64,000 nt of DNA. It comes from Octopus sinensis. Lineage: Eukaryota. The stretch covers positions 6,510,001 through 6,574,000 of the forward strand of contig NC_043015.1 in the NCBI RefSeq assembly GCF_006345805.1, read 5' to 3'. The position numbers and the translations under genes are program-made. Shown here in pieces: positions 26,679 through 39,345 of the stretch. Every line of letters begins with the position of its first letter. Positions within the stretch are counted from its first letter, which is position 1. The notes below the pieces were generated by a model, which saw nothing but the letters and a program-made list of their open reading frames with translations, had not been told where the DNA came from and ran no database searches.

Positions 26679-27190
26679 TTTGTACATATGTGTGTATGCG
26701 TGTGTGTGTGTGTGTGCCGGTGTTTATCCTCCCCCATCATTGCTTGACAACCGATGTTAGTGTGTTTATGTCCCCGTAACTTAACGATTCGGCAAAAGAG
26801 AATGTTAGATTAAGTACTGGGTTTACAAAGTATAAGTTTCTTCGACTAAAGCCCTTTAAGTCGGTGCTCCAGCGTAGCTACAATCATATGACTGAAGCGT
26901 GCAAAAGAATAAGAGAATACATATTCTTCAATGTAACGGAATTTAACCTGGAAGAAATTCTCTACCCTTGGAAGGTAAATTCCCTACAGGTAAAACACCG
27001 CTTTCTGAGAATTGTTTCTAATAGGCGCTGACCATGGATGGGAATTAAGATGTTTGCTTCCCAACCACAGGGATCCGGGTTCAGTCCCACTACGTGATAC
27101 TTGAAATATGTCTTCTACTATAACCTCGGGCCGACTAAATCCTTCTGAATGGATTTGGTGGACAAAAGCTGAAACAAGCCGTCATGCGAG

Positions 27191-27227
<37 letters not shown>

Positions 27228-27539
27228 ATTTGTCTCTGTGTTTGTCCCCCCACCATTTTCACATCTCCAAAAAGAGAACGGTATAATAAATAACGTATAA
27301 AAAAAGTACTGGGTCGATTCGATTGACCAACATTCTTCAGGGTTGTGCCCCAGCCTGGCCGCAGTCTAACAACAGAAACACGTGGAAGATAAATCAAAAT
27401 ACAAGGCCAAAAATTTTGAAGTGTGGGCGATTTCTCTCGGTACATTACTGGTGTTGTGTTTCGTTTCATTTACACGGAAGAATAAAAGGCAAATTAGAAC
27501 TCGGATAATATATCCGTATATTGCATAACATCTCTGACG

Positions 27540-27921
27540 TGGAGGCGCAATGGCCCAGTGGTTAGGGCAGCGGACTCGCGGTCGTAGGATCGTGGTTTCG
27601 ATTCCCAGACTGGGTATTGTGAGTGTTTATTGAGCGAAAACACCTAAAGCTTCACGAGGCTCCTGCAGGGGGTGGTGGTGAACCCTGCTGTACTCTTTCA
27701 CCACAACTTTCTCTCACTCTTTCTTCCTGTTTCTGTTGTACCTGTATTTCAAAGGGCCAGCCTTGTCACACTCTGTGTCACGCTGAATCTCCTCGAGAAC
27801 TACGTTAAGGGTACACGTGTCTGTGGTGTGCTCAGCCACTTGCACGTTAATTCCACGCGCAAGCTGTTCTGTTGATCGTATCAGCTGGGACTCTCATCAT
27901 CGTAACCGACGGAGTGCTCCT
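27540..27921 (+). mobile_element. SINE family C, full length, 14-bp TSD
   Basis: tRNA head TGGCCCAGTGG / GGTTTCGATTCC; TSD TAACATCTCTGACG at 27526-27539 and 27922-27935. Confidence 0.9.
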
Positions 27922-28675
27922 TAACATCTCTGACGCTTTAGCGCAATCGCCAACCGTCTGCAATTAGCAACAATTATTTCGGATTTTGACTCGGAGACGC
28001 CAGTTTTGAAAGGCCAACTGATACAGTGTCCCCATTACTTGTCTAGTACATTATGTTATTCACTCTTGAAGCATAAAAGGCAACGTTGATCTCTGCAGGG
28101 TTCGACAAAGAGCGTAACGATCAGGAACAAATATTGTAAGTGAGAACATTTTTTCTGACATTCGAAAGATTCTGCCAGCGAGCAGCGTTTGTTATTCAAA
28201 TTTTGGCCACAGGCTACCAGTTTAAGCGAGAGGATCTTCGTCGATTACATGGAGATCAATATTTGCATGTTTATTTATTTTATGGACCTCGAAATCATGA
28301 AAGACAAAGGCGATCCACGATGGGATTGGAGCTCAGTACGTAAAGAGCTGTTAAATATTTTGTCCGACGCGCTAACGATTCCGTAAGGTTCCGATGATAT
28401 CAATTGTTACAAAGTTTGGCACAGGAAGGGAGATTTTGGAAGAGGAAGGTTAGATCAATTACAATGATCCATGCAATTGATCGGTACTTTATTTTATATA
28501 CTTTGAAGGAACTGAAGGCCAAGTCGACGTCTGCGGAATTTGAAGTTAGAACGTAAAGACTCGGAAGTAACAGCTAAAAATGTTGTCCGACTCACTAACG
28601 ATTCTGCCTGCTCAGATTAATGATGATGGTGATGATTAATTCAGTTGCCTGACTGATACCAAGGATATATAGGTA

Positions 28676-29082
28676 CAGGAGAGGCTGTGTGGTAAGTAGC
28701 TTGTTTACCGACCACATGGTTCCGGGTTCAGTCCCACTGTGTGGCACCTTGGGCAAGTGTATTCTACTATAGCCTCGGGCCGACCAAAGCCTTGTGAGTG
28801 GATTTGGTAGACGGAAACTGAAAGAAGCCTGTCATATATATATATATATGTATGTATATATGTGTATGTGTTTGTGTGTCTGTGTTTGTCCCCCTAGCAT
28901 TGTTTGACAACCGATGCTGGTGTGTTTATGTCCCCGTTACTTAGCGGTTCGGCAAAAGAGACCAATAGAATAAGTACTGGGCTTACAAAAGAATAATTCC
29001 CTGGGTCGAGTTGCTCGACTAAAGGCGGTGCTCCAGCATGGCCGCAGTCAAATGACTGAAACAAGTAATAGAGAAAAGAGAG
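28676..29082 (+). mobile_element. SINE family B, full length
   Basis: Highly similar to 25621-26018. Confidence 0.85.
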
Positions 29083-29410
29083 ATATCTATTGGTGAAATT
29101 ATTTACTAAGACTGTGCATCCTAAAGAATGAATTATCTCAACGGTGTTGGAACTCTAAGAGCAGGTGGGTAGTCAATTAAATGGACACACGTACTAGGCT
29201 AATACGTTAATTAATCGATATGTAAAGTATGAAATATAATTTTGACCTCGGAGGAACTCAAACCCGGAATATATAATTACTTTGCTAATGGTTCGACTTT
29301 CGTAGGCACAAGTCAAAAATTTGTGGGTGCGTTTAATTGATCAATTCGAACCCTACACTGCTGTCTCTGGATGAATTACATTTAAAGTTGACAACAGCTT
29401 TATATGATAA

Positions 29411-29579
29411 TTATTTACATGATTTACATTATTTACATTTCACGGATATTTGTCCTCATCTTGTTATTAACACAGCGTTTCGGCTGATATACCCTCAAAT
29501 TTCGAACCCGGGTTCTCATTCCTAAGGTATTTTTCGATATTGTTGTTGTTGTTGCTATTATTATTATTGCTATTGTTGT

Positions 29580-29611
<32 letters not shown>

Positions 29612-29681
29612 CTATTATTCAGATCACTGCCTGGAATCGAACTTGGAATCTTGGATTTAGTAGCACCGCGCTCTTAACCAC
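29411..29681 (-). mobile_element. Composite retroposon: tRNA-like head + (AAT/AAC)n + pLTR-like 3' part with (TGTAAATAA)n tail
   Basis: Minus strand: GTGGTTAAGAGCGCG...AGTTCGATTCC (partial A box, B box 29644-29634), a triplet spacer, then CAGCCGAAACGCTGTG and the tail repeats. Confidence 0.55.
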
Positions 29682-29835
29682 AGTTTCGAAATTACCCAAT
29701 GACACATGATGAAAAGCTGGAGCGTATATCAGCCGAATCGTTGTGTTAACTACAAACAAGATGAGGACAAATATCCGTCAAACGTAAATAATGTAAATAA
29801 TGTACATAATTCCTCATCATTCAAATATAGAACAG
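29682..29835 (+). mobile_element. Inverted second copy of the pLTR-like part with decayed hammerhead (29702-29746)
   Basis: Reverse complement of 29411-29510. Reads ACAC-ATGATGA-AAA-GCTG(N10)CAGC-C-GAAT-CGTT-GTGT. Confidence 0.6.
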
Positions 29836-30399
29836 CTTCATATAAATGTGTGTGTGTGTGTGTGTCCTTTTGTGTGTGCGCGCCCGTGCATGCGTGCGCA
29901 CATTTTTGTGCTAGTTTTCTCAATGCTTGCCAACCGCTTTTTGGTTATTTGTGTCCCCATAACTTGCTATTTCGACAACAAGAGAGCGATAGAATAAGTA
30001 GCAAGCTGAAATTATATTTTGAGGTCTTTTTTTTTCTTCTTTTTTCTTGCCTTAAACCTTCAGAGAAGTCCTGCAGCATAAACACAGTTTAATCATGAAT
30101 CAGAAAATATACTGCTGGGCATTTGTACGACAGTTATTTTCTCTCCTCTTTAGGGGATCGGGCTAAATTTGACGATTTTTTTATCTTTCCGTTTTTTTTT
30201 TTTTTCAGAAAGTTGATGTATTGGTAAACTTTTAACGGCGTTAGAGAGCATAACGATTTAAGTCGTTGTTGCAAGGGAGTTAGCTGCCATTGAAAGCAAG
30301 AAACCATCTGGTAAAGAGTTACCTCTATCACGATGAATCAGGCCGGATATGAAAACTCCGGCATCGTGATTGCTGATCCATGCCCTGAGAACATTATAA

Positions 30400-30880
30400 A
30401 GGATGTAAGGCATGACAAGGGCAGCTGCAACGGAGACTTTGAAGCTATGGCCAGCAGGAAGGGACATATCAAGGCATAGCGACCAAATCAGCGAATGACC
30501 AAATAGCCGAGCCTTAGAATCAATTCAGAAATTTAAGTGATGCTGCTGGATGATGTGGTCAAAATCTGGCTTGAAAGTCATATGTGTGGCAGCAGGATTC
30601 AGCGCAATGCCATACCCATGGAAAGTGTCAGAAATAGACGCCAGAGAATAACTTCAACTTTACCAGCCCCAGTTTCTGACTTCATGGTTCCCTCAATTTT
30701 AATCTCATGGATTACTATATATGGGCCATGGTTGATAAAATACACCAAATGCTTTGCCTGCAACACGAATGCCGAGCTGGTGGCCAAGATCACGGAAGTG
30801 TTCAAAGATCCTCTCGATGTCACAATGAGAAACACAGGGCGCCGGGTTTTGGAACCAGCTTCAGGTGGTGGTAGAAACTG
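30400..30880 (+). pseudogene. Degenerate Tc1/mariner transposase fragment, DD37D (maT) type
   Basis: The frame from 30578 reads SYVWQQDSAQCHTHGKCQK*TPENNFNFTSPSF*LHGSLNFNLMDYYIWAMV, with 37 residues between the two Asp. Both stops sit at usual Trp positions. After a frameshift it continues ACNTNAELVAKITEVF. Confidence 0.8.
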
Positions 30881-31500
30881 AGGACCTCGCATTTTTATTT
30901 TTGGGTGAGTTGGGTTTTCCTTTCCTTACTGAACTCTAAGCAAACATAAGGTCATGTATATTTTGTGGAGGACAGAGACGTACGTGGCAAACCGCACAAG
31001 AAATGCTTATTATTTTTAGCTGTTTTTTATTGTTTTTTTTCGCTTCTTTGATATGCCCCTACGAGGGAATGTAAATAGGAAGGCCTCATGCTCCTTCCGA
31101 ATAAGGGTCCATATTAAAATGAAACAATTTGGTCTCAGTCTCAAAAGAGTCTGACAATTGCCTCGCTAACTGCACTAATGATGAGGCCGATGATGATGAT
31201 GACGATGACGATGATGACGACGATAACGATGACGATGATGACGACGACGACGATGATGATGATAACGATTATTATGATGATGATGATGATGATGGTGTTA
31301 GTGTTGCTGTAACTGGAGACCCACTGAGATTACCACATATAGTCATTTGCACATATGTGTACATGCATTTGTACGTATAATTACATACTCACACATACAT
31401 ATATATGTGTACGTGTAAGTACATGTTTGTACGTATGTATATATATGTATGTATATATGTATGTATATATGCATGACTATATATATGTGTGTATGTAACA

Positions 31501-31552
31501 ACAAAGAGGATGTGGACAAATATCCGTCAAATGTAAATAATGTAAATAATGT
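31501..31552 (+). repeat. Tail fragment of the 29.4-29.8 kb family, fused to a SINE-A fragment
   Basis: GGACAAATATCCGTCAAATGTAAATAATGTAAATAATG is followed directly by SINE-A core sequence. Confidence 0.6.
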
Positions 31553-32474
31553 TCACGTTCTGAGTTTAAGTACGGCCGAGGTCGACTTTGCCTTTCATCC
31601 TTTCGGGGTCGATTAAATAAGTACCAGTAACGCACTGGGGTCGATATAATCGACTTAATCCATTCCCCCAAATTTGAGGCCTTGTGCTTCCAGTAGAAAG
31701 GATTATTTGAATGCATATAAATATATAAGAGGGTTTGAAAAAGTTCTTTGAAAACCTGATATATGACTCTGTAATACTAATTGAACTTTTAGAAACCAAT
31801 TTGTTATCTAAATTCTCATTTTTATAGAACTTTCCATGATGTTTCACGAGTGTAACATTACCCCCTTTGATGTTTGGGAATCTCGGATGTATTTTCGGCT
31901 GCTGAGTACGAGCCACCTATATTTACTGCAATTTTTGTAGCCTTATTAAAGATGTCTTCGTACGAAACAATTGTACAGATATATTGATCCATTCTTGTTG
32001 CTTTTTTCCTATTTGTAATCAACCCACTTTGTCGTATGGCTAACACCATATAGATTTTTGGTGCATCCAAGTTAAGTACCATATCTATGTGAATTCAATA
32101 GAACTCACTTGAATCTTAATTGCTTATACTAAATATATATTTGTGTATGATTTTGCTCCTGTACATATAGGATGAAAAATGTTTGGTAAATACCGAAACA
32201 TCTCTTCGTTGAAATGACTGGTGTTCTTGGGACAACGAAATAAGCAAATGAAGGACTGTATCTGAGCATTTGCTTTGTGGTGAATGCTAATGCCAACAAA
32301 TAGAACGAAGAATCGAAACCGATTCGGCTCTTTCATCGCGCACGCCAGTTATTACGCTTACTCAAAGGCATTAAGTATCCGTAACGCCGCAATTAATGTT
32401 ACGCTTCTTAACATTTAAATTACCCTCATCTATTGCGATCATCTAGGATACGGCTTAAATATGTTCAGTGTGTA

Positions 32475-32960
32475 TGATCTGTAGTAGTAGTAGTAGTAGT
32501 AGTAGTACTAGTAGTAGTAGTTATAGTAGTAGTAGTAAAGGTGTTGGTGATGGTGGTGGTGGTGGTGGCTGTAGTAGTTATAGTAGTTATGGTAGTAGTG
32601 GTTGTAGTAGTAGTAGTAGTAGTAGTAGTAAAGGTGTTGGTGATGGTGGTGGTGGTGGCTGTAGTAGTCATAGTAGTAGTAGTTATGGTAGTAGTGGTTG
32701 TAGTAGTAGTAGTAATAGTAGTAGTAGTGATGGTGGTGTTGGTATGAGTAATAGTTATAACTGTAGTAGTGGTATAGGTGGTGTGGTGGTGGCTATGATG
32801 GCGGTGGTAGTTGTAGTAGTAGTAATAATAATAGAGGTGGTATGAGTAGTAGTTATAGCAGTGGTAGTGGTGTAGGTGGTGGTGGTGGTTGTGGTGGAGG
32901 TTTTAGTAGTAGTAGTAGTAATAGTTGTAGAGGTGGTTTTGGTAGTAGTAGTAGTAGTAG
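32475..32960. repeat. (AGT/GGT)n mosaic with an internal ~90-bp higher-order duplication
   Basis: AAAGGTGTTGGTGATGGTGGTGG...GGCTGTAGTAGT occurs at ~32536 and ~32630. Confidence 0.9.
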
Positions 32961-33349
32961 CTGCAGAAGGTCGATGAGGGAGGTTGTAGGAACGCTGGTG
33001 TACGACAAAGCAAGACCAGATTAATTTAGTCGACAGAAACTGTGCGGAAGCCTATGCTATACACCCACGTACACGTGCACGTGCAAGTACACAGGTTCAC
33101 GCATACACGCAAAAGACGTATGTTTGTGTACGCATGCATCGTTTAGTGTTAGGTTAAGCACTGCTTGAGAACCGGTGTTTGTTTGTTTACGCTCGTTTCT
33201 TTACCAACAGGTTCGGTAGAAAAAAAAGAACTCAAATAATTAAGTATCAGGGAGAAGGTCGATTTCTTTGCCTAAAACCAACGAAGATAAGTTTTCTAAG
33301 GGTCTTAACCGGACAAATCGACCCCAGTTTTTTATTTCTTTTTCCTTTT

Positions 33350-33645
33350 CTATTTTTGCCCGGTACTTATTCTATCGGACTTCTTGCTGAACCGCTAATT
33401 CATAGCGACGTAAACACACCAACACCGGTTGTGAAGTGGTGATGGGTGACAAACATAGACACAAAGAGGCGCACACAAAATGTACACACTCATACATACG
33501 AGGGATTTATTTCAGTCTCCGTGTTTACCAAACCAACCACAACGCTTTAGTCGGCCCGAGGCTACACTAGAATACACTTGCTACGCAGTGGGACTGAACC
33601 GGGAACAGTTTGCTTAGTAAGCAAGCATCTTACGACATAGCTACG
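33350..33645 (-). mobile_element. SINE-B, diverged
   Basis: GGTACTTATTCTATCGG...GTCGGCCCGAGGCTA...GTGGGACTGAACCGGGAAC. Confidence 0.75.
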
Positions 33646-33675
33646 CTAGCATCAATATATACAAAACATACGTGT

Positions 33676-33709
33676 ATATATATATATATATGTAAATATA
33701 TATATATAT

Positions 33710-33746
<37 letters not shown>

Positions 33747-34077
33747 AGACAGAAAGATAAAGACTAGGGGAGACAGATAATGTATATGTATATATACATG
33801 CATTTATATATACACATATATATATATATACACACACATATGTATATATATACACATATGTATATATATACATATATATATATACGTATATATATGCATA
33901 TATATATATAATATATATAATATATATATATATACATATATATATACATACATATATAATATATAATATATATATTATACATATATATACACACATATAT
34001 ATATATATATATACATATATATATACATATATATAAATGCATGTACGTATATATACGTACATTTATATAAATATTTG

Positions 34078-34144
<67 letters not shown>

Positions 34145-34152
34145 TATATATA

Positions 34153-34203
<51 letters not shown>
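33676..34203. repeat. (TA)n/(CA)n/(GA)n microsatellite block
   Basis: Read directly from the sequence. Confidence 0.95.
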
Positions 34204-34209
<6 letters not shown>

Positions 34210-34714
34210 CGCTTCCCTCAATGAATACATGTGCCAGGGAATATACGAAGCTGCTTGCGCTACTATTAGCTCAATATTACTCACTTACAGACTCTGTGAA
34301 AATGCTGTGAAAATAGCCGTTACTGTTGTGGTTCCTAGCGTTATTTCCATGAAATATTTAGCAAAAAAGCAACCTTCATTCTTTCGCCTTAGCTAATATA
34401 TATATTTATATGGTAGAAGAAGAAAAAAAAGTGTGTGTGGTGGGTGCAGCACTGAAATTTTTGAAATTTATTTTATTTAGCCTCTTTACATATTGTTGAA
34501 TAATTATATAATTTTAAATAATTATTTAATTATATAATGTTACTAATTATATTTTTGATGTATTCGATAAGATTGCGTTATATATATATATAATGAAGGA
34601 AACCTTCCTCGTAGAGAGACTCAAACAAATATTGGGATAGATATATACATACGTTTATTTGTACGCACTTCTGTGTGTGTGTGTGTGTGAGGGTATGCAT
34701 GTGTATATATATAT

Positions 34715-34774
<60 letters not shown>

Positions 34775-34859
34775 ATATATATATACATATGCATACACAT
34801 AAATACATACATACCTACACACACAAAATATTTTATTTGTGCATGTATATATATGTATG

Positions 34860-34909
<50 letters not shown>

Positions 34910-35109
34910 CATACATTCACATGCACGTAAACACACACGTATATTTTCTAATGATTACATATGAATCGATGTATATTAACTATAAAAATTTTGTTTTCAA
35001 TTTTATTAATATTTCCATTACAAATTAATTACTTGTTAGGCAAATTACACACGTGGACACACAGACACACACAGATACACATTATATATATATATATATA
35101 TGCGCGCGC

Positions 35110-35143
<34 letters not shown>

Positions 35144-35489
35144 ATACACATACACACACACACACATATATATACACACAAGTAGTATATATGGATGGAT
35201 GTGTAAGATAATTTGAAAGATTAGAGTTACGTAATACTGAAACATACAACACCCTCTCTACACACTGATACAAACATACACACACACACACACTTCTGTG
35301 TGTGAAATTTTGGGGGTTTTCTTCTGCATGTGTGTATTATATATCGAGAGCTGATGAAAATTAATTAAGGTTAATTAATGAATTTTGGTATTTAATACGT
35401 TCAATTTCTTTTAACAATTATTGTGCATTTTAATGGCTTATATTCGTGCTCAACATATATCTTTTTCTTTAACTGAATATTCTTTCCAA

Positions 35490-36125
35490 CTCAAGGGACA
35501 AGGCTCTATTTTTTGTGGGGAGGGGCCCAGTGGACTTGATCGACCCCAGTACGCAAGTGGTACTCAATTTATCGAGACTGAAAAGATGAATGCAAAGTCG
35601 GCCTCGGCAGAATTTGAACTCAATACGTAAAGATAAACGAAATACCCGCTAAAGTTTCTGCCAGCTCGACGGCCTTCTTTAACTGAATATTCCATTCTAC
35701 TCTAGGTACAAGGCCCGAGTATTTTGAGGGCGGGGACCAGTCGATCAGATTGACTCAAGTACGCAACTGGTATTTAATTTCTCGACATTGGAAAGATGAA
35801 GGGCATAGTCAACCTCGGCGGAATATGAACTCAGAAAATAAAGACAAGCGAAATGCCGCTAAGCATTACGCCCAGCGTGCAAACGTTTCTCATTTCCTTA
35901 TTGCCCACAAGGGGCTAAACAAAAAGGGTACAAATAAAGACAGACAAAGGGATTAAGTCGATTACACCCCCCCCCCCCCAGTGCGTAACTGGTATTTAAT
36001 TTATCGATCCCGAAATGATGAAAGGCAAAGTCGACCTCGGCGGAAATTGAACTCAGAACATAACGGCAGACGAAATACTGCTAAGCATTTCTCCGGCATG
36101 CTAACGTTTCTGCCAGCTCGCCACC
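35490..36125 (-). mobile_element. Three head-to-tail SINE-A copies (~35490-35680, 35695-35885, 35896-36125)
   Basis: Three successive cores GACCCCAGT.CG.AA.TGGTA.TTAATTT. Confidence 0.8.
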
Positions 36126-36878
36126 TTTATTTAACTGAATATTATTTTTTGTTCTTGTTAGTGTCATTGTAATTTCATATTTTGCTCTTTGTGTTTGTGT
36201 TAAGGTTGTTAATATTGCAGCGTTGTTGGTGTTGCTAGCGGTGCCGGTGGTTGTATTGGCCATGGTGTGTTTTACATTCACATATATATGTGTGAGTGTG
36301 TGTATTTATATTTTTTTCGCTGTATCTATTCCACGGATATTCTTCATCCGAGATTATATATTTTGAGATATAATCTCGTTATTATATACGTGCAATACAA
36401 ATAATAGTGTAACAAACAAAAAGACCATATTTCAACGTACATTAAACTACAAAAGCGTTCACATATATTTATCAACTACACAAAAACGCATACTGTATGC
36501 ACACAGACATACACACACCATATCACGCACTCATACATTCGAACACACAAACTCATTATCCCCCCCACACACACATTTATGATACATTCAATCAAACATG
36601 TTTCTCTATATATACTGGAAATCCCCAATAACGATTAATTTAGGACGTTTTTCGTAAAAATTAAGTTGATTAAGTTGATCGTTTGTGTCCCTATAATTTT
36701 GATAACGATAATAAAAGTTAGATGACCATGTATACTTTAAGTACTTTTTTATCCACATATGTGCATGTTTATACATGGAGAAAAGTGGAGTGAGACAGAG
36801 TTTGAGACATTGAGAGAGAGAGAGAGAGTGAGAGAGATGTGTTCATTTGCATGTGTGTGTATGTATATAAATAAATAA

Positions 36879-36910
<32 letters not shown>

Positions 36911-37048
36911 TATATACATATATATATGTGTTCGTATGTACGCGCTAGCATGGCCACAGCCTTATGGTGAAACGTACTGAAGAATATGTATATATGATAC
37001 ATACATACATATATATACATACATACACTTACATACATACATACAAAC

Positions 37049-37103
<55 letters not shown>

Positions 37104-37153
37104 CATACATACAATGTGAAATGTATGTGCGTGTGAATTATATATATATATAC

Positions 37154-37196
<43 letters not shown>

Positions 37197-37199
<3 letters not shown>

Positions 37200-37320
37200 C
37201 CGATCCGGTTCTTGACTGAAGACTGAGGGGTTCGAATGTCCTGTCCATGTTTATTGTATCGTCTTCTATGAGTTATACGTTCTTGTCCATATTGTATTTT
37301 TCTACATACCCTAATATATA
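37197..37320 (+). repeat. Dispersed repeat (family E), possibly another Penelope-like end
   Basis: Similar to 42106-42210 (GATCCGGTTCTTGACTGAAGA...TTCGAATGTCC...TTGTATTTTTCTACATA); starts right after (TA)n. Confidence 0.55.
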
Positions 37321-38337
37321 TGTATGTATGTATGTATATATCACGTTTATGAAATGAGAGAGATAAAGCGAAAGAGAAAACATTGATATTATCTATTTTT
37401 GAGTTAATCACTTTTAGTCAAGACGAGAAAAAAAATTTCTTCACAACTTTTATTTAACAGTAGTTACATATCCGACATATATGCTGGTGTCATCACGTGG
37501 TCAGTTTATCCGAAATATGTGTTATTAACAGAATAAATTTTGTTTCCTTTTTTGCAGCAAAATAATTAGCAAGATATATTTTGTTCATCACTGTTTTTTT
37601 TTTTAATTATTTTAAAATTCTTTTTGCAATCAACCAAAGGAAATTTAATGCTCCAGCTTCGCCGTATTGGTGATGGTCAAAACAAAATAAGAAAAATACA
37701 ACACACTGATGAACAATCAATTGTTTTAAAGTTTTTTTTTCTTCCTTGGGTTTTAAAACATCCGTTATATGAATTCCGTAATAATTTTTTTTTTAAATGC
37801 ATAAAAATGCATTATTTCATAAACATAATTTTCCCCTAAATATTAAACAAATATGAGTGCATCAATAAATACTTGTATACGAGATGTTTCTCTGTTTACA
37901 TGTTATGTACGTGTTCATGTGGGCATATGTTTGTGTGGCTAGCATACGTCTGTATATGTTCAATGTATATTTAAAATGGCTACATGTATTGCAGTCTGTA
38001 TATAAATACACCTCATAGACACACATATGTCTATAAACGTAGATTTATCTTCAGTAAAAACTTAAAAAACAAAATCTAGCCAACGCAGGTCAGGCAAGTA
38101 CACCTGTACAGTCTGTATATCTCCTAACGTCCGGTAGTTGTCGTGGTAGTAGTCGAAGTGAAAACAGTAGTAGTAGTAGTAGTAGTAGCAGTAGTAGTAG
38201 TAATTATCCTCTCGGACAGACGAATATACATTAGCCGTTAATCCTTCGTTCTTGTTATTCCTACACATTCGATTTTCGTGTAAACCCCACGTCCTGCACC
38301 CGTAATTTTTTTTTTTAATGTTCTATCCCATTGACGC

Positions 38338-38388
<51 letters not shown>

Positions 38389-38796
38389 TACTATTTTACT
38401 TTTGTAATTAATAAATCTCCCCTTGGCACACAATCAATATTATTTATAATTAATTCATTATTTATAATTTTTTTTTTGTTCCTCTGTTTTTCCTGCTGTT
38501 TTAACTCCCGTTTGTAAGGCCATGTACTTTTTGACTTTTTGTGTCCTTTTTCTTTTTTTTTTGCAATGATTGTACTTTTTTCTTTCTTTTTTTTGTTGTT
38601 GTTGTTGCTTTGGTTCTCTCTCTTGGTTCGATGTAATATAATCCTTTTCCTTTTTTCTTTTTTTTTTTTAATCTCCTGGTCATAGAGTTTAAACGTTAGT
38701 TGTAAAAACAGCTACCAGCCTAACAGATATAATGAGCTTAAACTTCAAGTAGAGCATCAAGGAAAAACAACAACAGCAACAACAACAACAGATAAA

Positions 38797-38835
<39 letters not shown>

Positions 38836-39149
38836 ATTGACGGAAGTGGCTTCTAATTATTATAAAAACGCCTAGTAAACGTTTAAATAAATTATTCTGT
38901 TTATGAGGTAAACAGCCATAGATAGGTAGCTAAATAAGTTAATTGCGAATTGAATAAAGATCAGGTTAATAGTTAATAGTTACATTAATGAAAATAAAAT
39001 AAGTAAATAAATAAATAAAAGAACAAGTATTTCAAGGATAAACTACCAGTATCGATTTAAACATGTAAATTAATCTACGGATATATTAATAGTTTAAGGG
39101 GGATTTATGCTCGTTTTTGATGTACTGCTGTAATTACTAATAATAATGG

Positions 39150-39345
39150 TTTCAAATTTTGCCAGAAGGGTAGAAATTTTGAGGTAGGGGATGAATCAAT
39201 TACATCGACCCCAGTGCTTCACTGGTACTTAATTGGATGAAAGGCGAAGTCGACTTCGGTGGAATTTGAACTCAGAATGTAAAATTACGGACGAAATGCC
39301 GCTAAGCATTGAGCCCGGCGTGCTAACGATTTTGGCAGCACGCAT
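39150..39345 (-). mobile_element. SINE-A with internal deletion
   Basis: TTACATCGACCCCAGTG...GGATGAAAGGCGAAGTCGAC...GCTAAGCATT. Confidence 0.75.

Larger units (their letters stand above)
26310..26910 (+). mobile_element. SINE-B interrupted by the hammerhead pLTR unit
   Basis: B head at 26310-26405 and B 3' half at ~26640-26910; the middle B segment is absent and 26422-26612 lies in its place. Confidence 0.65.

Noticed and set aside
29619-29681. tRNA gene candidates (also the heads at 27540, 48859, 50977, 25621 and 28676)
   Set aside because: They lack a full acceptor stem and continue into repeat bodies; these are SINE heads, not tRNA genes.
35085-35140. (TA)n(GC)n(GT)n alternating tract, potential Z-DNA
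   Set aside because: An ordinary compound microsatellite, common throughout the window.
35351-35385. CTGATGA + AT-only hairpin + GAAT
   Set aside because: The core is incomplete and no stem I or III is evident; at best a decayed Penelope-type end.
37216-37240. CTGAAGA...TTC-GAAT-GTC hammerhead-like motif in family E (also ~42119-42143)
   Set aside because: Both copies have GAAU instead of GAAA, a 2-nt insert and only a marginal 3-bp stem II, and no clear stem I; not a canonical hammerhead.
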